From assembly GCA_049509455.1 (NCBI GenBank), contig JBEKZX010000002.1:2764-66763 (forward strand): a DNA stretch of 64,000 bases. The letters are read 5' to 3'. Of the stretch, positions 42,737 to 52,722 are shown one piece after another (position 1 is the first letter of the stretch; each line of letters opens with the position of its first letter). The notes under the pieces are model-generated. The model did no database searches and was not told where the DNA came from. It saw nothing but the letters and a program-made list of their open reading frames with translations. The translations under genes and the position numbers were made by a program. This stretch comes from Conexivisphaerales archaeon. GTDB lineage: Archaea > Thermoproteota > Nitrososphaeria > Conexivisphaerales > DTJL01.

Positions 42737-44227
42737 TCAAGCGCGCCACAAGACATCAAAAGTTGATAGGTCTACTAGCGCCGCTTTTCCTTGGCTTCGC
42801 ACAGCAGATTTCGTACCGGCAATCCAAGACGGAGTAGAGAGCAACAGCGTACCTCTGTAAACTTCTTCATCAGGTATACCAACATGGCCACAATGCATTA
42901 TGTCAGGTATAGGATCTATAATCAGCAGGTCATCCTTCTCTGGAGCCAACAGCGTCAAGCCACCATACGTTGGAGCCACATGCCTAGCTCTGAGCAAAGC
43001 GCGCATTCCCGTAGAGGGTCGGCTCACGGAGACAGACTGTAGCTGCCTGAACACTTCATCTAGACTCTGCCCATGATAGAGGAGTACATTCACGCCATCA
43101 AGTCTTACCATGGAGGGGTTACCCAACATGACGACATTTTTCATTTCATAAAGTCTCTTGGCGTACTTCCTTATGATTGCAGGCTGGGGCAAAGCAATTC
43201 TAGTAGCATCCGTGTCTCCTGGTGTGAGGAAAATCTTCATCGGCCTCCTTATGTTTTCAAGATATCCTGCGAGCACATCATAGGAAGACCTAACGTCATG
43301 CTCACTCAGGCGTCCATCGCCTGCCAACGGATTTTCGATAAGATCACCATTCAAGACCAGATATCCGATCCTAGACACCACTTCAAGTTCACCTAGGTCT
43401 CCATTAATCCAGTCAATCATCTTCTGAAACGAAGTCTCGTCAAAGTCTGGCGACCCCACATGAAGGTCTGACAAGAACATAGCATAGATTTTTTTATCGG
43501 CCGTCCTCTTGGCCCTCTCGGGCACATCTAGATGGTAGATATTCTTAGCATAATACCCTCTAGGTTGCGACTCAACTTCCACCAAAACGAACTCATCAAT
43601 GAGAACTTCGTCCATCTTGCGTATCGCGTCGCCTGTACACATCAGTCGAAGGTACCCGCTATCGTCCTCCAGCGTTAAAGACATATAATCACTTGAAATC
43701 TTTTTAGACGCTACAAGTCCAACCACTTTCGCTAGGACTTTTCTACCTGAGAGCGGGGTCTTAATGGCATTCAGCTTCTCAATCTGGAAGAAATCTGGCC
43801 GACCCCTGATTAGCGAAGACATCCTCTCGAGCCTGTTCCTAAACATTAGAACATATCCCGATGTATCAGTAGTCGGGCTGATGGCGCTCGTTGGATCAGA
43901 AAGCACTTCGAAATCTAGAACGAGCTCCCTTTCCGCGTCCTCCAGGTCATTTCTAGAATGCAAAAACGGTTTGATATCCTTGGAGCCTATGACGAAGTGT
44001 TTTCCACGCTGTTTGGCCTTCGTTTTCATAACGGCCTCAAGAACGCGAAGTACCGAATCCGGCTCTCCTTCCTGATCGAGGAGCTCCCGTACCGCATCCA
44101 ATTCCACTTGGTAGCCCTGTTCTAACATCCTCCTTACTATCATGACTTCGTCGTCCTTTCGGCTTGCCATCGGATTCGCGTTACTACTGTTCTGGAGGCG
44201 CCCTATTTTACGATTATATTCATGCAT
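42737..44227 (-). CDS. DNA polymerase D small subunit DP1 (Mre11-like phosphoesterase/exonuclease)
   Basis: 496 aa with an OB-fold region followed by the calcineurin-like motifs FLSDLHVGS, NGDLIE, PGDTD, YHGQS and HCGHVG. Confidence 0.9.
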   Translation of the reverse strand: MHEYNRKIGRLQNSSNANPMASRKDDEVMIVRRMLEQGYQVELDAVRELLDQEGEPDSVLRVLEAVMKTKAKQRGKHFVIGSKDIKPFLHSRNDLEDAERELVLDFEVLSDPTSAISPTTDTSGYVLMFRNRLERMSSLIRGRPDFFQIEKLNAIKTPLSGRKVLAKVVGLVASKKISSDYMSLTLEDDSGYLRLMCTGDAIRKMDEVLIDEFVLVEVESQPRGYYAKNIYHLDVPERAKRTADKKIYAMFLSDLHVGSPDFDETSFQKMIDWINGDLGELEVVSRIGYLVLNGDLIENPLAGDGRLSEHDVRSSYDVLAGYLENIRRPMKIFLTPGDTDATRIALPQPAIIRKYAKRLYEMKNVVMLGNPSMVRLDGVNVLLYHGQSLDEVFRQLQSVSVSRPSTGMRALLRARHVAPTYGGLTLLAPEKDDLLIIDPIPDIMHCGHVGIPDEEVYRGTLLLSTPSWIAGTKSAVRSQGKAALVDLSTFDVLWRA

Positions 44228-44884
44228 CTGCTAGGGTGGACTCGGTTGCCATCAAAACCAGACGCCGTTGCCGCTCTCATACTTGCGGGCGGTCTTTCTT
44301 CCCGTATGGGTCAGGAGAAAGCCACGCTAATGATCAAATCTAGACCATTGATTAGTTGGGCTTACGACGCCGCAAATAGATTCACCAATCATATCTACAT
44401 ATCATCTCACGATGAAAGCATGACTAACCGTTTCCGACCACTGTTACCAGCCGATGTGGTTTTCATAGCCGATCTATATGACGGCCCACGCTCGGTGCTT
44501 CTGGCCTTGCTCTCATCCTTTCAGTCTATCAAGGAAGAATACATAATTGTATTTCCTGTAGACTCACCCCTCATAAGGCCTAATCTGATGGCCGAAATGG
44601 TTTCCAAATCAAAGGAGTTTGACCTCGTAATACCCGTCTGGCCAGACGGCAAGCTCGAAGCGATACATGCGGTCTATGACAGGGAAGCCACCTTACCGGT
44701 CATTAGAGACCTGTGGCACAGCAGGACGTTGGAGCTCTGGCAGATAGCTAAGCATGCCAAGAAAACACTATTCATATCCACAGAACGCCTTGCTGAACTG
44801 GATCCAGGCCTCGTCTCGCTTCTTGATGCTGACACACCCGATGAATTCGAAACTCTCAAATCAGTTGCAGCCAACTACATGTAA
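44222..44884 (+). CDS. MobA-like nucleotidyltransferase (molybdenum cofactor guanylyl/cytidylyltransferase family)
   Basis: 220 aa with the N-terminal motif ALILAGGLSSRMGQEK. It overlaps the DP1 start region by 6 nt on the opposite strand. Confidence 0.65.
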   Translation: MHLLGWTRLPSKPDAVAALILAGGLSSRMGQEKATLMIKSRPLISWAYDAANRFTNHIYISSHDESMTNRFRPLLPADVVFIADLYDGPRSVLLALLSSFQSIKEEYIIVFPVDSPLIRPNLMAEMVSKSKEFDLVIPVWPDGKLEAIHAVYDREATLPVIRDLWHSRTLELWQIAKHAKKTLFISTERLAELDPGLVSLLDADTPDEFETLKSVAANYM

Positions 44885-45208
44885 ACATAGACAGTGCTCT
44901 GTCCAGTGTTCATTGACACCCGTTTCAGGCCCCTGGGTCCAACATACTCTGCTTCAGACCCGATCATCTTACTCTCTTTCAAATGCAAACAATCCTCCTT
45001 TTCGGAAGGAGCCTTCAGGGATGAGATAGGCTGTCTCTTCGAAGCTAACATGCTTTACCATGCCTACGATGTTATAAACTCGACAGGCTAAGAAACCGTC
45101 CGACGTGCTCTTCACGATTTCCATTCGACTAACAACCACACTATACAGTCCCTTTAGCAGACAATTCAATCCGGGCGCCTGACGCCCTAAAGCGCTTCTT
45201 CTGCTGTT

Positions 45209-46147
45209 CTAGCGCGATTTCAAAAACCTAGCGGCAGCTCCGGCCGACCTGGAGTCGAAGCTTTCATACGAGTAGTAGTCAATTAGATTATAGATGTCCT
45301 CCCTGGTCATCATCCTGTCTAACATTCCTTCTTGTGAGCCCGAACGCTTCAACTCGACATAAGTCTCCTCCATTGTTTTGAGAGAGGCCCTGAAAGCCGC
45401 CATGGGGAATATTACGACCTTATACCCCATTCGCCAAAACTCATTCACCTTGATGTAAGGAGACTTGCCGAACTCCGTCATGTTTGCAAGCAAAGGAACA
45501 TGAACCTTCTTGGCGAACTCCTTGAATTCGTCGACGCTCTCTAAAGCCTCTGGGAATATCATATCGGCTCCTGCCCTAGCGTAGGCCTTGGCCCTTTCGA
45601 TTGCGGCATCCATTCCTTCAACCTCTCTGGCATCAGTCCTGGCTATCACCACGATGCCCTTTCTACTGCTGTCTTTGGCTGCAACAATCTTCTTCACCAT
45701 TTCACCCATACCTACGACTTGCTTCCCCGACAACTGCCCGCACTTCTTAGGCATCAATTGATCTTCGATGTGCAAACCCGCAACGTCTAGTCTTTCCAAC
45801 CCACGTACGGTTCTCATCACATTAACGGCTTCACCAAACCCCGTGTCGACGTCTACAATCAAAGGCAATTTCACCCTGTCCACGATATAGCTAACAGCTT
45901 GAATACACTCACTCATCGTAGTCATCCCCAAATCGGGTAATCCTAACGAGTTCGCAAAACCCCCACCCGAGAAGTAAAGGGCTTTGAAACCAACTTGGGC
46001 CGCTATCAAAGCCGATATCGGATCTAATACACCTGGCGCCACTATGATGTCATCTCCTTTGAGAGCATCCCTCAGATTATCGACCGCACTTCTTCCATGT
46101 TCCATGATCATATCAATCTCCTCTCGGCAGCGTCCTGATGATATCAC
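45209..46147 (-). CDS. Methylisocitrate lyase / PEP-mutase (ICL/PEPM) family protein
   Basis: 312 aa with GVLDPISALIAAQVGFKALYFSGGG and IEDQLMPKKCGQLSGK. The true start is probably a few codons downstream (MIMEHG). Confidence 0.75.
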   Translation of the reverse strand: MISSGRCREEIDMIMEHGRSAVDNLRDALKGDDIIVAPGVLDPISALIAAQVGFKALYFSGGGFANSLGLPDLGMTTMSECIQAVSYIVDRVKLPLIVDVDTGFGEAVNVMRTVRGLERLDVAGLHIEDQLMPKKCGQLSGKQVVGMGEMVKKIVAAKDSSRKGIVVIARTDAREVEGMDAAIERAKAYARAGADMIFPEALESVDEFKEFAKKVHVPLLANMTEFGKSPYIKVNEFWRMGYKVVIFPMAAFRASLKTMEETYVELKRSGSQEGMLDRMMTREDIYNLIDYYSYESFDSRSAGAAARFLKSR

Positions 46148-46341
46148 CGATGTCGTCTCCTTCGATGTTCCAGAACTTCGTTAAAGCGTCCTTCGGGGCT
46201 CTCAATTTGATGAATCTCGATTCCATTTCCCCAGCTAGCGTCATGCCCTAGGTCTCACAATGGGAGAACTATAAACAGTGATACGACAAACCAACATCTA
46301 GCGGCGACCATCGGCACTCCGTCTCGGTTTCTTAGTCTGAA

Positions 46342-46471
46342 TGCGGGGGGTGGGATTCGGACCCACGAAGGCCTACGCCAGCAGATCTTGAGTTTGGGCT
46401 TTGCAGACGCCGTCACTGCCCCCTTTTGTCGCCCAATTCGAAAGGCTTTGACCTGGCTCGGGGACCCCCGC
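46342..46471 (-). tRNA. tRNA-Leu(CAA), class II, with two inferred introns
   Basis: Acceptor GCGGGGG/CCCCCGC+A and anticodon stem GCAG|~22 nt|A...UCUGC with loop CUCAAGA. A ~23-nt insert sits in the D loop. The T arm is GUGGG-UCCGAAU-CCCAC, with C at position 55. Length is 130 nt. Confidence 0.7.
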
Positions 46472-46520
46472 AGTCCTCAACTTGGGTTCATGGTTATTTT
46501 ATGCTTTGCATCCAGCTAGA

Positions 46521-46739
46521 TCAGGCCTTGGAGAGCAATTGCAGAAAGACAAACAAGATGGCTATGCCGAACATGGCCACCAAGACGAACCTAGTTACGA
46601 AATCTCCATTTTTCCTCCGCCTTTCCTCCCTAAGGCCAATCTTCTCACACTCACCAGAACAGTAATTCTTACCGGGTGAAATGGCCTTGCCGCAGGTCCT
46701 ACAGTGCGCATGGGCCGGTAACTGCGAAAGGTCCTTCAT
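46521..46739 (-). CDS. Zinc-ribbon plus C-terminal TM small protein (DUF2116-like)
   Basis: 72 aa with CRTCGKAISPGKNYCSGEC followed by a hydrophobic C-terminal helix. Confidence 0.5.
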   Translation of the reverse strand: MKDLSQLPAHAHCRTCGKAISPGKNYCSGECEKIGLREERRRKNGDFVTRFVLVAMFGIAILFVFLQLLSKA

Positions 46740-46743
46740 GAAG

Positions 46744-47421
46744 TTACACGACGACTAGCGTACCCACTGGTTCTCCCTTTATAGCTTTGTTAATGGCGGA
46801 CGGCTCACACTTGAGAATGACCGTCTTTATCTTCGACCGTTCGATGATGTTAACTGCCAAGAGGTCCAACAACTCATATGTACCCGCTTTCATCTGCCCC
46901 TCCCCGAACATCTTCCGTAACTGTGGCGGCGTAACTCGATTCAGTTTCCTGGCGTTACCGTCCTTGTCTGGGTCAGCCGTGTAAACGCCGTCTACGTCTG
47001 TTGCGTTTACAAACAGGTTTGCATGCACCCTTTCAGCAGTCAACGCGGCCACGGCATTGGTGCTATGACCTGGGTGGAAACCACCTACGACGACGATTTT
47101 CCCCGTGGCATACGCCTCCGCCGCCCGATCCATGTTCTCAGGGATAGTTGGGTAAGCCAAGTCCCCCAATCCACCTGCCAACAACTCAGCGTTGAGTCGT
47201 GCTGCCCTCAACCCCAAATCGTCCAACATGGATTCGTCGATACCAAGCTTCCTCCCAGCCATAATATATCGTCGAGCAGTCTCACCACCTCCAGCCACCA
47301 AAACTAGCCTCTCTCCTTCCTCGGCAAGATTTTTGAAAAGCGTCAGCAACGGAGGGAGATTCTTATCTACACTGTCCCAATAGAATGTGGAACCGCTAAT
47401 CTTAATTACTGTCCCTTTCAA
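46744..47421 (-). CDS. pyrH: Uridylate kinase, archaeal type
   Basis: 225 aa with VIKISGS, LVLVAGGGETARRYI and VVGGFHPGHSTNAVAA. Confidence 0.85.
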   Translation of the reverse strand: MKGTVIKISGSTFYWDSVDKNLPPLLTLFKNLAEEGERLVLVAGGGETARRYIMAGRKLGIDESMLDDLGLRAARLNAELLAGGLGDLAYPTIPENMDRAAEAYATGKIVVVGGFHPGHSTNAVAALTAERVHANLFVNATDVDGVYTADPDKDGNARKLNRVTPPQLRKMFGEGQMKAGTYELLDLLAVNIIERSKIKTVILKCEPSAINKAIKGEPVGTLVVV

Positions 47422-47484
47422 GGCTTTCCCATAAGTTCATCTAACCCCTCAATAAAAAGTTGAGGGTGAGGATGGCGATGCTAT

Positions 47485-48732
47485 TTGCCAGAGTACGACT
47501 CAGTAGCAATGTACAGGGTGAGGAAACTACTAACGGAGCTCGGCAGCAAACAGGGTCGTGGAACGGAACTAATCTCACTCTACGTTCCCCCCAAGAGGCC
47601 CATCTATGACGTCATAGCCAACCTGAGAGACGAATATGGCACCGCATCCAACATAAAGAGCGATACAACTCGCAACCACGTACAGGACGCGCTTACCCGC
47701 GTCCAGCAACGCTTGAAACTATACAAGAACGCACCACCCCATGGCCTCGTAATCTTTTGCGGGGCATTACCTGTCAGTGGCCCGAACACCGAAGTGATCC
47801 AGCTGTTCGAAATCGAGCCGCCGAAGCCCATCAGCGTATACCTGTATCGGTGCGACGATCACTTCCATCTAGATCTTCTCAGGGACACGATCAGAGAGCA
47901 AGAGGCTATTGGAATCCTCACCATCGACACAGCGGAAGCCGCGCTGGGCCTTCTTGTAGGAGACAAAGTATCCGTAATCGAGGAGATGACTTCGGGCGTG
48001 GCCGGCAAGCACCGCCAAGGCGGTCAATCAGCACGCAGGTTCGAGAGGCTTCGGGCTAATGAAATCAATGATTTCTTCAATCGAATTGCAGTACATTCAT
48101 ACAAAGCCTTCATAGAGGCCACGCCCGTCAAGAAGATGATCCTCGGTGGCCCTGGGCCTACCAAAGATTCCTTCTACAAAGGGGAGTACCTAGATTATAG
48201 GCTCCAAAACGCCGTCATCGGGCTCGTCGACATCTCCTACTCAGGCGAGGCTGGCATCCGCGAAACGGTCGAGAAGGCAGGCCCACTTCTACAGGATATC
48301 AGGTTCGTCCAAGAAAAGAACATCATCAACAAATTCATCGGAGAGGCGTCCAAAGACTACGGCCTGGCCGTCTACGGTCTGGATAACGTCTTGAACTGTC
48401 TCAAGAACAACTCGGCGGATACCATCATAATCTCCGATGAATTAGACTCAAACCATCTTGCATTCAAATGCAGGAAGTGCGGCGAAACGATTGAGAAGTT
48501 CCTAAAACAGAGCGAAATCTTTGGAGAGAAGGTGGAGGTCATGGGCAAGAACTGCCCCTCATGTAATGCCAATGAATGGGACTATTCGCAACAAGACCTA
48601 GTGGATTACCTCTTTGATCAGGCGTCCACCACAGGCGCCAAGGTCGAAGTCGTCAGCACCAAGACAGAGCATGGGCAGATGTTCAGAAGCTTCGGCGGAA
48701 TAGGTGCCTTGCTCAGATACAGGACCAAGTAG
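47485..48732 (+). CDS. prf1: Peptide chain release factor aRF1
   Basis: 415 aa with the NIKS motif (TASNIKS), the GGQ motif (HRQGGQSARRF) and a C-terminal zinc ribbon. Confidence 0.9.
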   Translation: MPEYDSVAMYRVRKLLTELGSKQGRGTELISLYVPPKRPIYDVIANLRDEYGTASNIKSDTTRNHVQDALTRVQQRLKLYKNAPPHGLVIFCGALPVSGPNTEVIQLFEIEPPKPISVYLYRCDDHFHLDLLRDTIREQEAIGILTIDTAEAALGLLVGDKVSVIEEMTSGVAGKHRQGGQSARRFERLRANEINDFFNRIAVHSYKAFIEATPVKKMILGGPGPTKDSFYKGEYLDYRLQNAVIGLVDISYSGEAGIRETVEKAGPLLQDIRFVQEKNIINKFIGEASKDYGLAVYGLDNVLNCLKNNSADTIIISDELDSNHLAFKCRKCGETIEKFLKQSEIFGEKVEVMGKNCPSCNANEWDYSQQDLVDYLFDQASTTGAKVEVVSTKTEHGQMFRSFGGIGALLRYRTK

Positions 48733-48785
48733 CCAGGTAACAGACCAAACTTTTAAGGGACCATCCATGGACGTCATTCCCATTA

Positions 48786-51143
48786 ATGCAAGCCGTACCT
48801 TTCAAGCCCACGATTGAGGAAAAGGCCTGGAGCCATGAACTTGAGGAGAAGATGTTCGAGTTGTGGTCCAGAGAGCAACTCTACCACTTCGACAAGAATT
48901 CGGAGAAACCAGTCTACAGTATAGACACTCCTCCCCCTTACATCAACACGCCTGTCCACATAGGCCAAGCCTACACGTATACATGGATGGACGCCATCGC
49001 CAGATACAAGCGGATGTCCGGCTTCAACGTGCTTTTCCCAATAGGTCTGGACAGGAACGGCCTCCCCATCGAAGTGCAAGCCGAGAAGGAATTCAAGATT
49101 AGCATCAGGAACACCCCGAGAGAGGAGTTCATTCAGAAAGCAAGAAGCCTCTTGGATCGCTACGAAGGCATTTCAGTTTCTACCTTCAAGAAGCTCGGCC
49201 TCAGCGTCAGCCAATGGGAGAAGGGCAATTCGATAGGCTCAGTTTATGAGACCGACGATACCGAATACAGGAAGCTCACACAGGAGACCTTCATTAAACT
49301 GTTCAAGGAAGGTCTGGTCTATGAAGGCGTGAAGACGGCCAACTACTGCCCAGTATGCCGTACGACCATCTCCGATGCGGAAGTGGAGTACAAAGAGTAT
49401 CCTGCTAGCCTCAACTATGTCAATTTTGCACTTGTCGACGGCGGCGCGATAGCGGTGGCTACTACAAGACCGGAGTTGCTTTCAGCATGCAAAATCGTCC
49501 TCTACAATCCTGACGACGATCGATATAAAGGCCTCCAAGGGAGAGAAGCCATCGTCCCTATATTCGGGAAGACCGTGAAGGTCATCCCTCACCCCTACGC
49601 GAAACCGGAGTACGGATCCGGTATGGTCATGGTTTGTAGCTACGGCGACTATAACGACGTCAGAATCCTTAGGGAGCTTTCCATAGCTCCTACGTACGTC
49701 ATAGACCAAGACGGTCGTATGATCGGCGAGGCTGGCCCCTACGCGGGGCTTACCGTGAAGGAGGCCCGAAAGAAGATAATCGAAGACCTCCAGGCCAAAG
49801 GCTTTCTGATTAAGGCAGAACAAGCTATTCATAGGGAGCCCATTTGCTGGCGGACCAAGAATCCCATAGAATTCATACCGACAAAGGAAATCTACCTCAA
49901 ACAGGTCGAATTCAAGGAGGACCTGCTCAGAATGACTGATCTGATGTCCTTCCATGCTCCACAGAGCAAGAACCTCTTGACAGACTGGGTGAACAGCATT
50001 TCCGTGGACTGGGTCCTTTCACGTAGGCGATTCTACGGCACTGAGATTCCCCTTTGGTACTGCCTCAAGTGCGGAGAAACCATCTTGCCTCCCGCCGGCA
50101 GGTACTACCATCCCTGGAGAGAGAACCCTCCCATCGAAAGGTGCCCAAAGTGCGGAGGAACGGAATTCAGAGGAGAAGAAAGGATCTTCGACACTTGGTT
50201 CGATTCAAGTAGCAGCCAGCAATACATTCTTGGCTATCTCTGGGACAAGGAGTTCTTCGAGAAGAATTACCCATGCTCGCTAAGGCCCCAGGGTAAAGAG
50301 ATCGTCCGAAGCTGGCTCTACTTTACGGTGCTCAAATCCTATCTTCAATTCAAGGAGCCGCCGTTCAAAGACGTCTGGATTAATCATCATGTCGTGGACG
50401 AATCAGGCGAGAAGATGAGCAAGAGCTTGGGCAACGTAATCGATCCCCAAGAAGTCATCAAGCGGTTCGGAGCCGAAGCCTTCCGAGCTTGGGTCTTCCT
50501 AGAGGGGGACATCACGGAAGGCGACGTGAAGTATTCCTATGCCAGAACAGAAGGATCAGGGAAGTTCCTGACCAAACTTTGGAATATCTCCAGACTGATT
50601 TCGTCCTTCCCAGAGGGCCCCAGCATGGCTCTCACCCTGAGCGAGGATTGGTTGCTGGCCGAATTATCTTCCGTTGTAACTAGAGTGAAATCTGACTATG
50701 AGAATTACTCCTTCAACAGAGCCGCCCTAGACGTCAGATTTTTCATCTGGAACGTTTTTGCTGACCACTACGTTGAAATGGTCAAAGCTAGGGCTTACGG
50801 CGGGCCTGGCGTAACAAAGGAGGAACAGGAAGCCGCTTGGAATGGGTTACACACCGGTTTGAAGAACATCCTGCTGCTGATGGCACCGTTGACGCCATTT
50901 ATCACGGACTATTTATGGAGGAAGCTGTACGGGTCGTCCAGCGTGCATTTACAAAGCTTCCCCACATTCAAGCATGAATCGGAAAGTATCAGCCTGACTC
51001 CGTCGCTCATTGACTTTGACTCGACGGTATGGAACACCAAGAAATCCCAAGGGCTATCCCTGAAGGACCCCATCACGATTGTCATACCAGATCAGCTCAA
51101 GCCATTCGAGTCCGACCTTCGCCGCATGCATCACATCGAGTGA
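48786..51143 (+). CDS. valS: Valyl-tRNA synthetase
   Basis: 785 aa. It has PPPYINTPVHIGQAYTY (HIGH-type), the class Ia editing domain and KMSKSLGN. Confidence 0.85.
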   Translation: MQAVPFKPTIEEKAWSHELEEKMFELWSREQLYHFDKNSEKPVYSIDTPPPYINTPVHIGQAYTYTWMDAIARYKRMSGFNVLFPIGLDRNGLPIEVQAEKEFKISIRNTPREEFIQKARSLLDRYEGISVSTFKKLGLSVSQWEKGNSIGSVYETDDTEYRKLTQETFIKLFKEGLVYEGVKTANYCPVCRTTISDAEVEYKEYPASLNYVNFALVDGGAIAVATTRPELLSACKIVLYNPDDDRYKGLQGREAIVPIFGKTVKVIPHPYAKPEYGSGMVMVCSYGDYNDVRILRELSIAPTYVIDQDGRMIGEAGPYAGLTVKEARKKIIEDLQAKGFLIKAEQAIHREPICWRTKNPIEFIPTKEIYLKQVEFKEDLLRMTDLMSFHAPQSKNLLTDWVNSISVDWVLSRRRFYGTEIPLWYCLKCGETILPPAGRYYHPWRENPPIERCPKCGGTEFRGEERIFDTWFDSSSSQQYILGYLWDKEFFEKNYPCSLRPQGKEIVRSWLYFTVLKSYLQFKEPPFKDVWINHHVVDESGEKMSKSLGNVIDPQEVIKRFGAEAFRAWVFLEGDITEGDVKYSYARTEGSGKFLTKLWNISRLISSFPEGPSMALTLSEDWLLAELSSVVTRVKSDYENYSFNRAALDVRFFIWNVFADHYVEMVKARAYGGPGVTKEEQEAAWNGLHTGLKNILLLMAPLTPFITDYLWRKLYGSSSVHLQSFPTFKHESESISLTPSLIDFDSTVWNTKKSQGLSLKDPITIVIPDQLKPFESDLRRMHHIE

Positions 51144-51210
51144 TGCCCCCCAGCTCCGGTCGAAATTCTTAAAAACTCCCACTGGGTCGTGGCTTCAAGA
51201 GCCCCGGAAG

Positions 51211-51323
51211 GCCCCGGTACCTCGTCAGTGCCCGAGGCTGGAAAGCATAGTGGTCGAATGTGCTTCCTTGGTAGACTCGATACAAAGAGGAAGAGACCGC
51301 GGGTTCAAATCCCGCCCGGGGCT
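51211..51323 (+). tRNA. tRNA-Thr(GGU) with two inferred introns (after position 8 and at 37/38)
   Basis: Acceptor GCCCCGG/CCGGGGC+U, D arm GCAU-AGUGGUCGA-AUGU, anticodon stem CUUCC/GGAAG with loop UUGGUA|~14 nt|A, and T arm GCGGG-UUCAAAU-CCCGC. The heptamer GCCCCGG is duplicated 3 nt upstream (51201). Confidence 0.65.
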
Positions 51324-51401
51324 CCTTTTCAGAGGCGTCTAGAGTATGGTCTGACGCATGTCGCCAATTCAGAATCGAACGCATCTATCCCCTCGTGTGA
51401 G

Positions 51402-51665
51402 ATGATCCGAACGCTCGAAATCCTATTCGAGTCCTCTAGGGATAAGCCTGTGCTGATGTCGGCACACATCGGAGAAAGGCTGTCCACAGCACCTCTCTTG
51501 AAGGCCCACCCCATCATCTTTGAAGACACGTCCCCAGATGATGCCAGCCCAATGATTGCGCTCATACGAGAATTCCTAGTGGCAGTGGGTCAACGCAGTT
51601 TCAAGAAGACAGTAAAGGGACATAAAAAAGCGGTGCAAGCTCTAGCAGACGAAGCCGTCTCTTGA
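51402..51665 (+). CDS. Hypothetical protein
   Basis: 87-aa ORF from the first ATG downstream of the tRNA. The longer track ORF 51189..51665 runs through the tRNA gene. Confidence 0.3.
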   Translation: MIRTLEILFESSRDKPVLMSAHIGERLSTAPLLKAHPIIFEDTSPDDASPMIALIREFLVAVGQRSFKKTVKGHKKAVQALADEAVS

Positions 51666-51849
51666 GCCAATCGCTAGAGTCCACCTGTCAGTCTTCCCCT
51701 CAAGGTATACCTGTGCCTCCACTGTGAGAAGGTCTTCACAAGCGAAGAAAGATATAGGGTCCACATCATCATTCATTACGTCTAACCCCGCTACAAACAC
51801 TTATCTTGCTCGTGCATGTGAGCAGCCGCAAGAGAGCGTTCACTCGAAT

Positions 51850-51925
51850 GGGGCCGTGGGCTAGCCTGGTCCACGCTACCAGCCTTGGGCGCTGGTGATC
51901 GGCGGTTCAAATCCGCCCGGCCCCA
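51850..51925 (+). tRNA. tRNA-Pro(UGG)
   Basis: GGGGCCG...CCAGC-CUUGGGC-GCUGG...GGCGG-UUCAAAU-CCGCC-CGGCCCC-A, 76 nt, with no intron. Confidence 0.9.
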
Positions 51926-51926
51926 C

Positions 51927-52676
51927 CTATTCCTTTCCCGATGCGATAATCTCAGAAGCCTTTCCAGAAGCAACCTTCTTCAGCTGAAGGTCCCGGACTT
52001 CGTAGCCGTACCTGCCGATGCGAAGCCTCTTCAAGAATGGGGCTACCGTCGACGGAGGGCCTGGCCTGTAGCCTGCCCGCGACGCATACCTGCTAAAATG
52101 GGGCAACATGATGACCTTGGCAGGCTTGACCCCATGACCTTTCAAGGTAAGCCACACAGGACTCCATTCTCCGTTGACAATCCACTGCGGATGCACATGA
52201 CCGCATACCATCATGTCATATGACTCCGGGCTCTCAGCCAGCCTAGGCAGGGAATGCCCATGCATGAAAACTGTCTTCTCGATTTCTAGCCCACCTTTTC
52301 CGACGATTCTTACTCGCTCGTCCAAACATTCCTCGATTCCATAGTCATGGTTGCCTTTCATGACCCACACTTCGAAGTCTTCCGCTAGGCCCTCCGTCAG
52401 GCTTCTCAGCGCTTTCCTCTCATGCATGGTAGGCTCAAATATTCTATGCTTGAGGTCCCCCAGCACGATGATGTTATGTGCGTCCGCTTGATGGCAAGCC
52501 AAGACGACCCTTTCAAGGACATCCTTGGCTTCCTCTTCCGGAGAAGGTCTTCGCAGCCCCATCCAAGCAGTCATCCCGATATGAAGGTCGCTTATGACTA
52601 GGAAGAGTCTGCCATCCCTTGTTCGCGCGACCAAAGCGGGGAATCCCTTTAACGGCGTTACCTTCAAACACACCAT
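51927..52676 (-). CDS. Calcineurin-like metallophosphoesterase
   Basis: The internal ATG at 52676 gives MVCLKV..FLVISDLHIG..VLGDLKH..GNHD..MHGH..CGHVHP (249 aa). The longer track ORF N-terminus overlaps the SWIM gene on the other strand. Confidence 0.7.
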   Translation of the reverse strand: MVCLKVTPLKGFPALVARTRDGRLFLVISDLHIGMTAWMGLRRPSPEEEAKDVLERVVLACHQADAHNIIVLGDLKHRIFEPTMHERKALRSLTEGLAEDFEVWVMKGNHDYGIEECLDERVRIVGKGGLEIEKTVFMHGHSLPRLAESPESYDMMVCGHVHPQWIVNGEWSPVWLTLKGHGVKPAKVIMLPHFSRYASRAGYRPGPPSTVAPFLKRLRIGRYGYEVRDLQLKKVASGKASEIIASGKE

Positions 52677-52722
52677 CCATCTTTGCTTAAACAGATAAAT
52701 CATCCTCTTCTTGTAAGAACGA

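Noticed and set aside
51189-51665. 158-aa ORF starting at 51189.
   Set aside because: Its first ~45 codons run through the tRNA-Thr(GGU) gene. Only the part from the ATG at 51402 is kept as a low-confidence CDS.
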